64,000 nt of DNA from Lama glama (Eukaryota): NCBI GenBank assembly GCA_028534125.1, contig CM052818.1, forward strand, positions 23,686,001 through 23,750,000, read 5' to 3'. This document shows positions 11,763 through 23,805 of the stretch, one piece after another (positions within the stretch are counted from its first letter, which is position 1; every line of letters begins with the position of its first letter). The position numbers and the translations under genes were made by a program. The notes beneath the pieces were generated by a model. The model was not told the DNA's origin. It worked only from the letters and a program-made list of their open reading frames with translations, and did no database searches.

Positions 11763-14574
11763 GAGGAAGAAGTGAGAAGAAGGGAGAGAAGGTGGTGGAC
11801 ATTATTAGAATCCCACCCACAAGGAATTACTTATTCATGTACTGAATCAAGCATGATTCACTGAGCATCTGCTATGAGCCCAAGCCTTGTGCCAGTGGTG
11901 CACAGTGGTGACTAAGCCGCATGGTGTGTAAAGTCCAGTTTTCCAGTGCAATTTGAGAGCCTAGAACTGAGTAGGAGCTTAGATATCTTATAGTCAAAAC
12001 CACCCTACCCTGATTTACAGCAGAGATTTTGAATGGCAGATTGCCTCCATAGTAAGGCCACTCAGTCAGACCTCAGTTCTCCTGAAGGATGCTCTGTTCA
12101 CTGAACCAAAGTGTCTCCTCTCTGTCTCCCATCAGCAGCTTCATCTCAGACCATGCCAAAATCCCTCATCATATTCCATCTGAGCCTACTCAGCATATAC
12201 ATTTACCTTCTACTGTCTCCACATCACCTTCTAGGTGTCAGATTGAATTACAAGCCATTACTGAAATGAGAACACTAATTTACAGAGGAATGCTGACTTA
12301 ACATAGTTACAAAGAAAAGAGGAAGAATACTCACATAGAAAAATGTACATTGAAATTTTGTGTGTATACATCATGTTCATCCTGCAAATTCTTGTCTCTC
12401 AAGATGCTTGCCACTTTCTACGTGTATCATAATCATTGGCAGTTGTACCCTGTATCCTTGAGGAGAGGGTCCATATCCTATCTGTATCTTCACCTCTAAT
12501 CTCAGCACTTTTCCTTGGTGCCTTGAACATAGTAGCTTCTCTATAAATGGTTGCCAAGAAATAAATATGTGAATGGAAACACATCTCAAAGTCAAAGTGC
12601 CAATTTGGGCAACTGCATTCCTTAGCTCAAGGACAAATGGTTTGACCTTGATTTGAAGCAGTCTCATATAAAAGGCATTTAGCTTACTAAATGCCTACAT
12701 GTTTGGGGCTTTTAAAAAGGATTTATCTTTTCCATTTAGGATTGCTTTTACTGATGTGGACCAATATTTAATGTCACAGAAAACAGGAAAAGAGCTGGAA
12801 TAACCTTATTTAGAAACTGACTGTCAAGCAAACTTATTTTCCCAGCTTCTTGTACGGTGCCTGTAGGTCTTTAAGAAATTCTTATTAGATGAATATGGTT
12901 AGCAAGGTAAATATTGTTCATATATGGGATCCAGAGAAGAAGGAAGACACTTTCAGAGCTCAAAGGCTAGGGGTGTTTGTTTTAATTCAGTCAAAAGGGA
13001 AAGTGATTTTTAAGTGTTGGGCCCATAGGATTTGTGGAGATGGTAAATTCCTTTTGAACTTAGAATAAGGGTAGAAATAAATTTCCAATCCCTAGGAAAG
13101 GAAAGATCAACCCCATCACACATTTAAAGCCCAGATAACTTTTTCTGGGTTGTTTCCATTCATTAATTATTGTTCCACCTTGGTGTAGCATGAGTTCATC
13201 AATTCTTAACAAAATTCAAGTTTGTTTAAAGCATCTTTCAAGTCAACCAACAAGCTCTTCTCAATGTTGATCTGAGTAGAGAACTTGTTTCTAAACAAAC
13301 CTGATTTTTAGTGTGTTCGTTACCCTTGGGTCTCAAGTTCACCTTGTAACAAGAAGTCCTTGACTTCATGACTTCCCTGCCCAACAGGGACCAGAGCTCT
13401 TTCCCTCGACTGAACTTGAGCCTGCCCTCCGGGAGTTCTTCATCTTCTCCACCCCCAGGCTTCCTCTGGCTGCTCAGAAGATTGAACTCTCTGTTAGGTA
13501 TCCTTCTGCCTTCAGAGACCTTTTCCCATTTAATTCATCCTGGATCCAACTGTAGTGTCTCTCTTATTTTTGAAATGAAATGCCACGTGAAAGGTGAGAT
13601 AGCTTTTGGTACATAGTTGGTACTATTATTAGCTAGTAATAAACTATTAGCATCACAATGTTTGTCCTGTTTAGGAGCTAGCAGGCAAAGCTACTCTTCA
13701 CTGTGCCACATGTTTTTGAGTTAGGAGTGTTGCTACCACACTTAAAGTTAATGACTTTTACCAAAACCCTTTGATCAAAGTTACATATGTAAACAAACTG
13801 CCAATGAAATGCTTTTCTTTCACTAATCCTTGATGTTGTAGAAATCAATTCTTAAATCGAAGACGTGCTTTTTAAAAATGTATTGCTAAAAATTTATTAA
13901 TTTTACTTTGCATAATAAATACTTACTCTTAGGTGGAAGTAAAATTTCAGATTCATTGGCCAGCCAGAACACATGAAATAGTCAGTGTAATTCAGAACGC
14001 TTGATTGTAGTGTTTTATTTATATCACAACAGACAGAAACTGAATGAAATATTTCAGTTATAAATGTATTTCAGCCACCCACATTATTCCAAAGCAATTC
14101 CCTAGAAATAATGTTCATCCATATGCTTTCCAAACGCTTTGACATTTAAAAGTTTGAAGGGTTACCCAGAAATAATTGGATAGTTTTACCATTTCCTTTT
14201 TCAAACCTCAAACATTGCAATTGTATCTCAGTGCTATAAAAGCCAATATCAGTGGTTCAATTTAAATTTATAAAAACTATAGTGATTATATAGCATTCCA
14301 TCATGAGGACAGCAAAAAATGGCTAAGAGGAGACAAGGCTCCTTAAGTGTAATATTTTTAAAATTCAAAGTGCAGTATGAGGTCTCATCCCAAGTAACTA
14401 GCCCAGCACAAGTGCATTTTTGATGGCCCAGACCATCACCAAAAGGTCTGTGTAACGTGGAGAAGTAAGCACATTTTATAGCACACTTAGATGCATTGAT
14501 TTCATTTCCTTATAAAGCATGTTCTGAGTTGTGTATCTATGACTTTGCATATGGAACAAGATGAAGCACACTGC

Positions 14575-14730
14575 ATGGCATGATGGACACTTCTTTATAA
14601 TTAGACACCCTAACTTTGAACCTCAGTTGTAGATTTGTTTCCTTGAGCAAGTCATTTAGCCTGTCTGAACCCTATTTCCTAGGATACAGTTATCTCAGTT
14701 AATTATGGTGAAGAATAAAGTAGATCATAT
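14575..14730 (+). mobile_element. MIR
   Basis: ccttgagcaagtcatttagcctgtctgaaccctatttcc resembles the MIR core. Confidence 0.55.
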
Positions 14731-15399
14731 ATATATATGAATAATTATTCTACCTTTATGAAAGTATATGAAAACGTGAAGTGACAATCATATCATCTGT
14801 ATTTCTAGTTCTTTAATTGCTCTACTCACTTAATCCTATTAAGATTTTGATAGTATATGACAAATTGCTTTTATTTGCCAACAAAAATCTTATTAAAACC
14901 CTTATTTCAGCGCCATCCTGATTTCATTATGACCATGGCTTTAAATCATTTCCCCCGCTTCTCTGTTTTGTATCTTTTGTATATTTTAAGATAATTTCCA
15001 TCTCAATATCATATGAAGCACATCACTGAAATCTAATTAGCAGATCACCTGCTTCAGCAGCATGCGCCTTTATCTCATTACTCCTCCCCTGTGAACCATA
15101 TGTCTGCTTCCAACATCAATCTTTCCCTGTGATTATTGCAGCAGAGAATTTATTTGGTTTTGCAACAACTGTCTCACCTTTTTGCAAGGCATTTCTGTTC
15201 TTGAATTTCCCAAGGAAGGCATCCTGCAATTGTCTTTCTCAACCCCATGCTGTGACTATGGTACAGAGGGTGCAAATAGTTTTTTTCTGTCCTATGTGCT
15301 TAAAAAGGGGAAACTTCACTCCCTGACTCCATCAGATCTCATTATAAAAGCCTTCGTAGCTCATTGTATCTTCCCTTTAAAGTCTTTACTTAATTGTAA

Positions 15400-17990
15400 T
15401 CTTATCCAAAATTTTATTATGAAAAATTTTAAACATACAGAAAAGTTGAAAGGATTACACAGTGAATACACATATGCTCAAAGACAAGAGTCTACCATCA
15501 ACATTTAGTGATACTTGCTTTTTCACATAACAGTTCATCTATCCATCCCTCTATTTATTCATCAATCCATGTTTTTAAGCAATTCAAAATTGTTGCAGAC
15601 AGCAGTACACTAACCTAAACAATTTCAGCATGTACATCATTAACTAGAATTTGACACTTGCATGTGTCCGAGTGTGTATGTGTATGGTATATAAAAACAA
15701 ATCAATATTTGTATATTTCAGGTATAGTATACACATACACAAAATATGAAAAACAGCTACACTATTTAGTAAATCTTTAAAACTGTATATACCTATGAAA
15801 CCCAAACTCCTATCATGATATATTACAATTATCTGCAAAAGTACCCCCAAACCCCCTCCTAGGATATCCCTGTCCCCGACACTCCAAATGCAAACATGGC
15901 TCTCATTTCCTTCCAGGATAGATTAATTTTACCTATTTTAGAACTGTATATAAATTGACTCATAAAGTATAAACTCTTTCATGTAAGCCTTTTTCACTTA
16001 GCAAACTGATTTTGAGATTTATTCATGGTATGTATATGAGTAGCTTGTTCCGTTTAACTGCTAAGTAATGATCATTGTGTGAATGAATAGCAGTTTCTTT
16101 AGCCATTTTCTGATGACAGACTCTTGGGCTGTTTTTATCTGGGAATATTATGAATACAACAGCTATGAACATTCTTTTACAGCGCTTTTTTTTTGTGGAC
16201 ATGTGCTTTCTGGGTTTTGAGAAGTTTTAATTTTGATGAAGTCCAATTAATCATATTTTCCCCTTTTGGGTGTTGCTTTCTGTGCTATGCCACAGAAACA
16301 TTTGCCTTCCTCCAACCAGTGAATCTATTCCTTTATAACTATTCTTCTACAAGTTGTTTAGTTTAGGTCTCCATTCCACCTCAAATTAATATTTTGGTAT
16401 CTTGTGAGGCAGAGGTTGGGGGTACTTTTAAATTTTTTTTCCACATGGATACTCAGTTGTTCAACATCGCTCGTTAAAAAGTCTCTTTCTTCCCCACTGG
16501 ATTGCGTTAGCACTGTTGTCAAAGTAAGTGACCACATGAATCAATTTCTGATCTTGATTACTATACTTTTATAGTAAGTCTTGTTACTAGTTAGTGTAAG
16601 TCCTCCAACTTGGTTCTGTTTTTAAAGATGGATTTTGTTATTCTGTCATTTGTATTTCTGTATAAATTTTGGAATCCAATTATCAATTCCTACAAAAAAG
16701 CCTGATAGTACTTGGATTTATACATGGCCTTTTTGTATTGCTGTCTGGCTTCCTCACATCATAGTGAGGTTCTAAGGGTGAAACTCCAAAGAGAATAAGG
16801 CAGGGGAGAGGAAGAGAGCGAGCCCACACCAGGTGGGAGATGTATTACTTATTATGACTCAGTCTTGGAAGTCACACAGTATCACTTCCTCTGCATTTTA
16901 TTTTTCAAGTCAGTCACAAAATTGCCTAGTTTCAAGGAAAGGGGAAAAGACTTTGTGGGAGTAACAAGATTCTGTAAGAGGCTATAGTACTAGAAGTTTT
17001 GCAGTGACTATTTTTGGAAACACAGTTTACCACAGTTCTAGTAGTGTTTTGGTAGATTCCTTGGTATTGTCTAGATAAACATTCATATCATCTGCAAGTA
17101 GAAATAGTTTTTCATTTAAAAAATCTGTTTTTAATTTCTTTTTCCTATCTCATTTCAATGATGTGACCTCCAGGATAAGTATGAACAGAGCAAGGTTGAA
17201 CATCTTTTCCTTGTTCCCAGTGCAGGAGTGTGTTTCGGTATTTATTTCACATCAAATGTGATATAGCTGTAGTTTTTCATAGATGCCCTTTATCAAATTG
17301 ATTTTCCCAATTTACATAGAGTATTACTTATGAACAGGTGTTAAGTTTCATCAGCTGCGTTTTCTGAACCTATTGAGGCGATTACATGCTTTCCCCCTTT
17401 AATCTATTAATATGATGAATTGTAATGATTTTTGAATGTTAAATAAAACTTGAATTTCTGGGGAAAAAAGACCACTGATTTATGATGTATTATCCTTATA
17501 AATTACTGGAGTCAAGTTTATAATATTTTAAAATGGTTTTTATGTCTATGTTCATGAAATATATTGGTCTATAGTTTTATTTTTGTAATTATTTTATTAG
17601 CTTTGGTATAAGGGTCATGTTGCAAAGTGTTCCTTTTCTTCTATTTTCTGTAAGTAAGTTTGAGCAAGTTTAATGTTATGTATTTCTTAAAGATGTGATA
17701 GAATTCACCAGCAAAATCTTATGGGAGTAGATCGTTGTTTGTGGGACAATTCTTCCACAAATACAGTTTCTTTAACTGATCTAAGGTTATTCAGATTTTG
17801 TATTTCATTGTGTGGTAGCTGATTAGGTGTATTTTTAAAGAATTTGTCCATTTCATCTAAATCGTTGAATATATTGCCATAAAGTTCATTATATTTCATT
17901 ATAAATTTTTAATACATTTCACTCTTTATAGTGGTAATTTATGTTTTGTCTTTTTTCTTGATTTTTGTTTAGTATGCAGCCAGGAATTTA
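15400..17990 (-). mobile_element. Old L1 (L1MC/L1ME-like) 3' end and ORF2 fragments, interrupted by an MLT1 LTR
   Basis: 3'-end motif ttattatgaaaaattttaaacatacagaaaagttgaa. ORF 17705..17899 (FNDLDEMDKFF) is L1 ORF2-like. Confidence 0.85.
16720..17034 (-). mobile_element. MaLR LTR (MLT1J/K-like) nested in L1
   Basis: cttggaagtcacacagtatcacttcctctgcatt motif and terminal tttaccaCA. L1 sequence resumes on both sides. Confidence 0.75.
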
Positions 17991-18059
17991 TGAAGTTTCT
18001 TCTCTTTTTAAAGAAATCAAATTTAATTTGACACACTTTTGAAGTGACATATATTTGTT

Positions 18060-18190
18060 AGATTGTTTGATAAATATCTTTCTCTGTGTCTGTTCTTGGA
18101 TCATAATTGTATCCCCGGGGTCTAGCATAGTGTCAGGCTTATAATAAATGCCTTCTAAATATTTTTTGTAAAGTGAATGAATGAATGATC
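18060..18190 (+). mobile_element. L2 3' end
   Basis: tgtatccccggggtctagcatagtgtcagg..aaatatttt..gaatgaatgaatga. Confidence 0.7.
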
Positions 18191-19519
18191 TCTCTATGTA
18201 GTTACATTGTCAGCTTCAGGGATAATAATATTAAATGAAATATTTAAGCTTTTGACTTAAGAATAGTGATACCAATGCAGAGCTCTTGATTGAGAGATAT
18301 ATAATGCTGTTTCTTTGGTCACAGGTATAAATGAAATTTCCCCTACACTTATATCAATGTTTGCTACAAAATATTATTAGATTATAAAAATACAAGTGAA
18401 TGTTACTAGGTTTTTTCTTCTTTTAATTCCAGCAACTGTCTCTGGGTAAATGGTCCTCAGAAAGGGAATATGCCCAATCTGAATATTCTTTTAATGAAAC
18501 CATAGCAGAATTACAGCCCATCTTGACATTATACTCTCTTAAAATTATCTTTGAACAGTTTAGCCAGTAATTATTGACCTCAGAGGCTAACAGATTATTT
18601 CAGATATCTGAGGTATCAATATTTACATAAAACTTACACGTATTAAAGTAGAACATATCAGTTGTATCAGAATGCTGGATTAGGACTGAAGGAAATACAT
18701 GAAAACTGAGTAGCTGTTATGAATTCAGATCAGCAGGTCTAAAATTTTCATGGGACTCCAGAATTCACTTTGCTGGAAAGTTGCATTAGGAAAGGGAAAA
18801 AGACTTTGGAGCTGGATGACTTCTGCATTGCCCATCAGACCGCTTGACAACAGATTCTGTGAAAAACTGAGAGCGTATTTTATTTGCATTTGTGTCATTT
18901 TATCCAGGGGATTATTTTTAATTATGAGAAGTGAAATTTAATATCCCTTAATAACAGCAAGGAAAAATAATAACATATTGTTTGAATTTGGAGACTTGAG
19001 AAGGCTCAGAAATAGTTTAGTTAAAAGCATGAAGACATTTTCTAAGATTTTATTAGTCCCCCATTATCTGTACACTGACGTCTGAGCTTCTTGATCTAGT
19101 TTCATGGGGTCTATAATCTGACCCTCTTCACTTCCAATTTCTGGCTCACTTTGCCAGGTAGTATCTGTTCACACTGGATAGGCTGCTTCTTCATGCTGTT
19201 CCCTCCACAGGATTCCACTGTTCCCCTCAGTCTGAATATGCTCTCCTTCCTCTCAATTCATTCAAACATGCCCTCAAAACCTGATTCAAGTCCTAAATTT
19301 TCCATATTTTTCTTCCAATTTTTTCAACTTACAGTGGTTACCCCCTTTCAATTCTGTGGCAACACTAATTTTGAATTTTAATTACTGTAAAACTATTTTC
19401 TGTTTTATATATTCAAACCTCTTGATGGACTATAAGCCCCTGAGGGCAAGTACCATGTATATTTCTAAAGTATGTAACTTTTCTGCCTCAAACATTGATT
19501 ATGTTAAAATAAGAAAAGC

Positions 19520-19710
19520 ATTTAAGCAACCAAACTTTGGTCAAACTTATGTTCAAATACCAACTCCCCATATTCAATAATGTCATCATGGGTAAGTTAC
19601 TTAACATCTCTAAATGTCACTTTATTTTCTGTAAACAAGAGATGATACAAGTATAAATTGGAAATAGTAAGTTTACAATAAGAACTAAAGATAATGCATA
19701 TAAGATGCAT
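19520..19710 (+). mobile_element. MIR
   Basis: gttcaaatacc..catgggtaagttacttaacatctct..tctgtaaa. Confidence 0.6.
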
Positions 19711-22649
19711 GGTTGACAGTTGCTAGTTGTTCTTGTAATACTACATGTATTTAATGAGTTATCTTTATGAGTATCATTTTTTTAACTGACCCATGTTGAG
19801 GTGTACAGGACTATTTGGTTCTACTGTAAATGACCCCCCCCAAGTGTTATCTTAATTTTAGTTATTTATCTATTCTTTACATCTTTTGTTTTCTACCTCG
19901 ACTTCAAGCTGTTGGTGTATCCTTTCTTTGATGTCAGTGTACCTGTATCAAGGAGCATATCATTCTTTTTTGCTATTAATCTGGTATGCAATTGTGCTAG
20001 AATGTGTCTTCAAACCTACACTCATTTTATAATGCCTGCTGTGAGAAATGTTACGAATCTTGAATTTGTGCCTGACACACATTAGAGATTTAATAAATAT
20101 TTTTAAGTTGGTGATTTAATCAGTATGTTAACAAATGAACACATGAATATATGAATGGAATTAAGGGATGAATGAATGCTACTGCTGTCCCTGTTTACTT
20201 TCAGATATAACTTGTTTCCTAACTTCCTCTGGACCCATGCCTTCTAGTTGCTCAATGACACCAGCCTTGTATGTTGTTTAATTCACTCGAATTGCATGCT
20301 TGGTTTGAGTTCTCTTTAAAAGCTCCCCCTATTCTTCCTACAATTTTGGCTTCCCTAATATCTATTCACATTTGGAATCACATTGACAATGGTGCATGAT
20401 TCTCTTTGTTTCTTGTTACTTCAGAGCTCTGTCCCCACAGAATTTCTCCTTAAGTTCAGATCTTAGTCATTAGTCTGATTTTTGTGCTTGACCTTGTCCA
20501 AACAGTGAAAACAAGATCCTCTTCTGACACTTTCTGAATTCCCTGCTTTAGTCTGACTTCTGTTTTCATTAAGATATTCCTTCTAGCTATCCCTAGACCC
20601 AGCTGCAGATTTTGGTGTTCAACATACTTCCTACTGCCGGCTCATTCTCTGGGTTGTTACTTTCTTTTGCACGTTATTGAGCATGCTCTACTTACTATCC
20701 CTGCAGTTCCTGTTTTTGTCGTATGTGATATAAAGAATGGACAACCTAGCCAGATGGAAAATGGCACAATATATGTTAGTCTTCAAATTCCCTTTCTTAG
20801 TCCATGGGGTAGGATTTGCCTCAGCATTTTTTAATTATTTTTAAATAATGTTTGTTGCTACCCACTAATGGGTTATGGCTTCTGTGTTTTCTTAAACATG
20901 TTATATTATTGAATTGCATAAAAATGTGGCATTCCTGAAATTTCTTCCAGGAGAAGTTGCTGACTTAATTATTAAGTTTCAGTCATAGTGATCTTCACTT
21001 AAGGAAGTATAAACAAAAAGCAAAAAGTGTAAAAAATGTTATACATCATAGATTTTCTATGGATTTTTTTCCCCCACTGATACAGTGTTTGATACCCTTT
21101 CCCTCTCAGTGCCTTTTCAGGTATTCATTCATGTTTAAAAATTAAAACTCTTAGCCAATTTGAAATGTTGTAGCCATCGAAAGTCAAAGGTATGAGAGAT
21201 GTTTCAAAAGAGGGCGGGATTGGGTGTTTCTGTCATAGGTAGTGACAAAATTCATCAGCTGGGTCCTTCCCATGATTTTAACAGTGGACAGATTATTTTC
21301 CCCAGTGGTGTTCTTCAAACTGGTACAAGGTAACACTTCAAAAACAGATGTCCCATTGATGTCAATAATCTTGGAAAATTCCATTTTAAACCCAGTTACT
21401 GTTTTAACTAAAAGACTTTTCCAAATCTTTATATGCTAACATGCATTCTGAATCTCTGGTTCGGTCTGTCATGGGATAACCATCTTCCAAACACAACTGT
21501 AGAAATCGTATTGAAAGAAAATACTCTTTCTACCTCTGTGTGCCCTTTATGTTTCAAATTTATCACCCGTAAAGTTCAGAAAACAGAATAAATAATCATG
21601 AACATCTTTATAGTTTTATTCATCTAAGATGTGAAGGGTTTGAGAAGTTTCCAAATGGGACTTGGAAATCCAGTGTTGCTGCTGAAGTGGGGTCGAGCGC
21701 TTTCCTCTAATGATGTCTCACTTACCATGGTCGATACCTTCTTACTCAGCAGTCATAGCTCTGTGCTGTTTGTTACGAAGACTTTGCGTAAGGCTTAATC
21801 TTCATTTCAAACTTAATGGAATCTCCTACTTAGAGTGGTTTGGGTTTGGAGTCACAGGCACCTCATTTGCAGGCACCCAGCCCTAGCGGCAGACTTCAAC
21901 GGGCTAAAAATATGCCCATCCAAGATCTGCAGTTTTTTCCATTTTCTTAGCCAGACCTTGAGACTGCAGTTTCTAAAATTCAGACTGGAAATTTCAAGTG
22001 AAAGACGAGTTAGCCTTGATGAGTCCTATATATTCTAAGTTGAAGCAAAAGAATAAAATAGTAATTGGGGGAGGAAGAGTAAGTTCTAGGGGAACGATTT
22101 AACTGTTTGGGGCAAATCCTAGAGATTGTTCTTAGATTTTTAATGACTAAAAATCATAGCTATTCTGAATAACATTAAGCAAAGTAAATTCTCTTGAATC
22201 CAACAGGAAGGTGGAAAATAGTAAAACGTTAGTTATGTATTTAGTGTTAGGTTTGAAAAATGCCTTTTCTATCCCATTTCATAAACATGATAGGAGAATA
22301 ATTTCATAATGGCATTTCAAGTGTAAACCATATTTTAATAGAGATGTAGAAAATCAAACAACCAAATTCTAGAGCAGATGTTGCACTGGAACAACTACTT
22401 GAGATCATTTAATTTAAGAAACTATGTTTCAGTTTTCCAGAGTGTATTTCCAGAATATCTACCTTGTTTGGCTTTGAATCTTAACATTTAGTTATGCCCA
22501 AGAGGTTTACTTTTGAATAGATTTTTTGACTCAGGAAATTTATATTGAAGGTTTTTTAAAATGTTAACTTTCGTGACTTAGTGAGAACCCTCTTTCCTTC
22601 TACTACTTCTTTTGCCTGCCTATGCTGTTTCCTTATGTCCAAACCTTTT

Positions 22650-23300
22650 TTTTAGCGAAACTTTTTTGTTTAGAATACCTTTCGATTTAAGAAAACTTGC
22701 CAAAATAGTAGGGAGTTCCCATATACCCCACTCCCAATTTCCCTTATTATTAATACCTTAGTATGGCATACTTGTCGCAAGTAACGAATTGATCTTGAAA
22801 CGTTTTTAACTAAATTCCATACTTTAGTAGTCGGATTTACTTTCTTTTAACTTAATGTCCCCCTTCTTTAATATTCCTGGATTTTATCTAAGATATCACA
22901 GAGAATTCAGCATTCATGGCCCCTTAGGCTTTTTTTTCTTTTAATTGTGAAAATTTCTCAGACTTTTCTCATTTTTGATGACCCTGACACTGTTGAGGAA
23001 TACTGCTCAAGTGTTTTGCAGAATCTTCCTCAACTGGGATTTGCCTGATATTTTTTTCTTGTGGTTAGACTGAGGTTATGGGATTTTGGAGGAAGACAAC
23101 AGAGGTAAAGTGCCATATTCATTACATCCTATCCAGGTTTCATAATGTCCATGTGACATGATACTCATGTTAACATTGATCACTTGGCCAAGGTAGTTGC
23201 AGTCAGCTTTCTCTGCTAAAGAGTTACACCTCTCTTCTCCTTTACAAAACTGCATTCTTTGGAAGGAAGTCACTTCTGTGTAGCTGACACTTAAGAAGTA
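22650..23300 (-). mobile_element. L1MC-like 3'UTR
   Basis: gagttcccatatacccca..tttctcagacttttctcatttttgatgacc..ggttagactgaggttatgg..gatcacttggccaaggtag. Confidence 0.8.
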
Positions 23301-23719
23301 TGGATATAGTGGCTTTTAAAAAGCAATATAAAGGTAAGATAGGATGTAATGGTGGCATATAGATTTGCATAGCCCTTTACAACTTATGAAGTAAATTTAT
23401 TTATATTATGACCCAGTTGCCAACCCTATGTGGTAGGCATGGGAGAAATCATAGAAGTAATAATAATTAACAAAACATCAAGTGAGTGACAGGAAAGGGA
23501 TATTGTTCCTTTTTAGGAAGAAGATCCACTGAATGGTAGCTGACCGGCTTCAGGCTTCCTAGAGTATTCCATTGGTTTTTTTTTGCTCTTATCCTGTATC
23601 TTTTCCAGCCATCACTTAGAAATCACCCTTTGAATGTCCTGCCATCATTCCAAAATCAGTGTTAAAAATGAAAACCCACTGTATTGTCCATTCTCTCCCT
23701 CCTACCACCTCAGCTACGT

Positions 23720-23805
23720 TTCGCTCTCCCTCCCTCCCTCCTTCCTTCCCTCTCTCTCCCCCTTTCTCACATGTGCGAGTGTGTGTGCGCACACACATAC
23801 GCACC
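23720..23805. repeat. (CTCC)n-like tract followed by a GT/AC palindrome
   Basis: Seen directly in the sequence. Confidence 0.8.

Noticed and set aside
13340..13616. GC-richer patch with open frames on both strands
   Set aside because: No recognisable protein similarity and no convincing splice-site pair.
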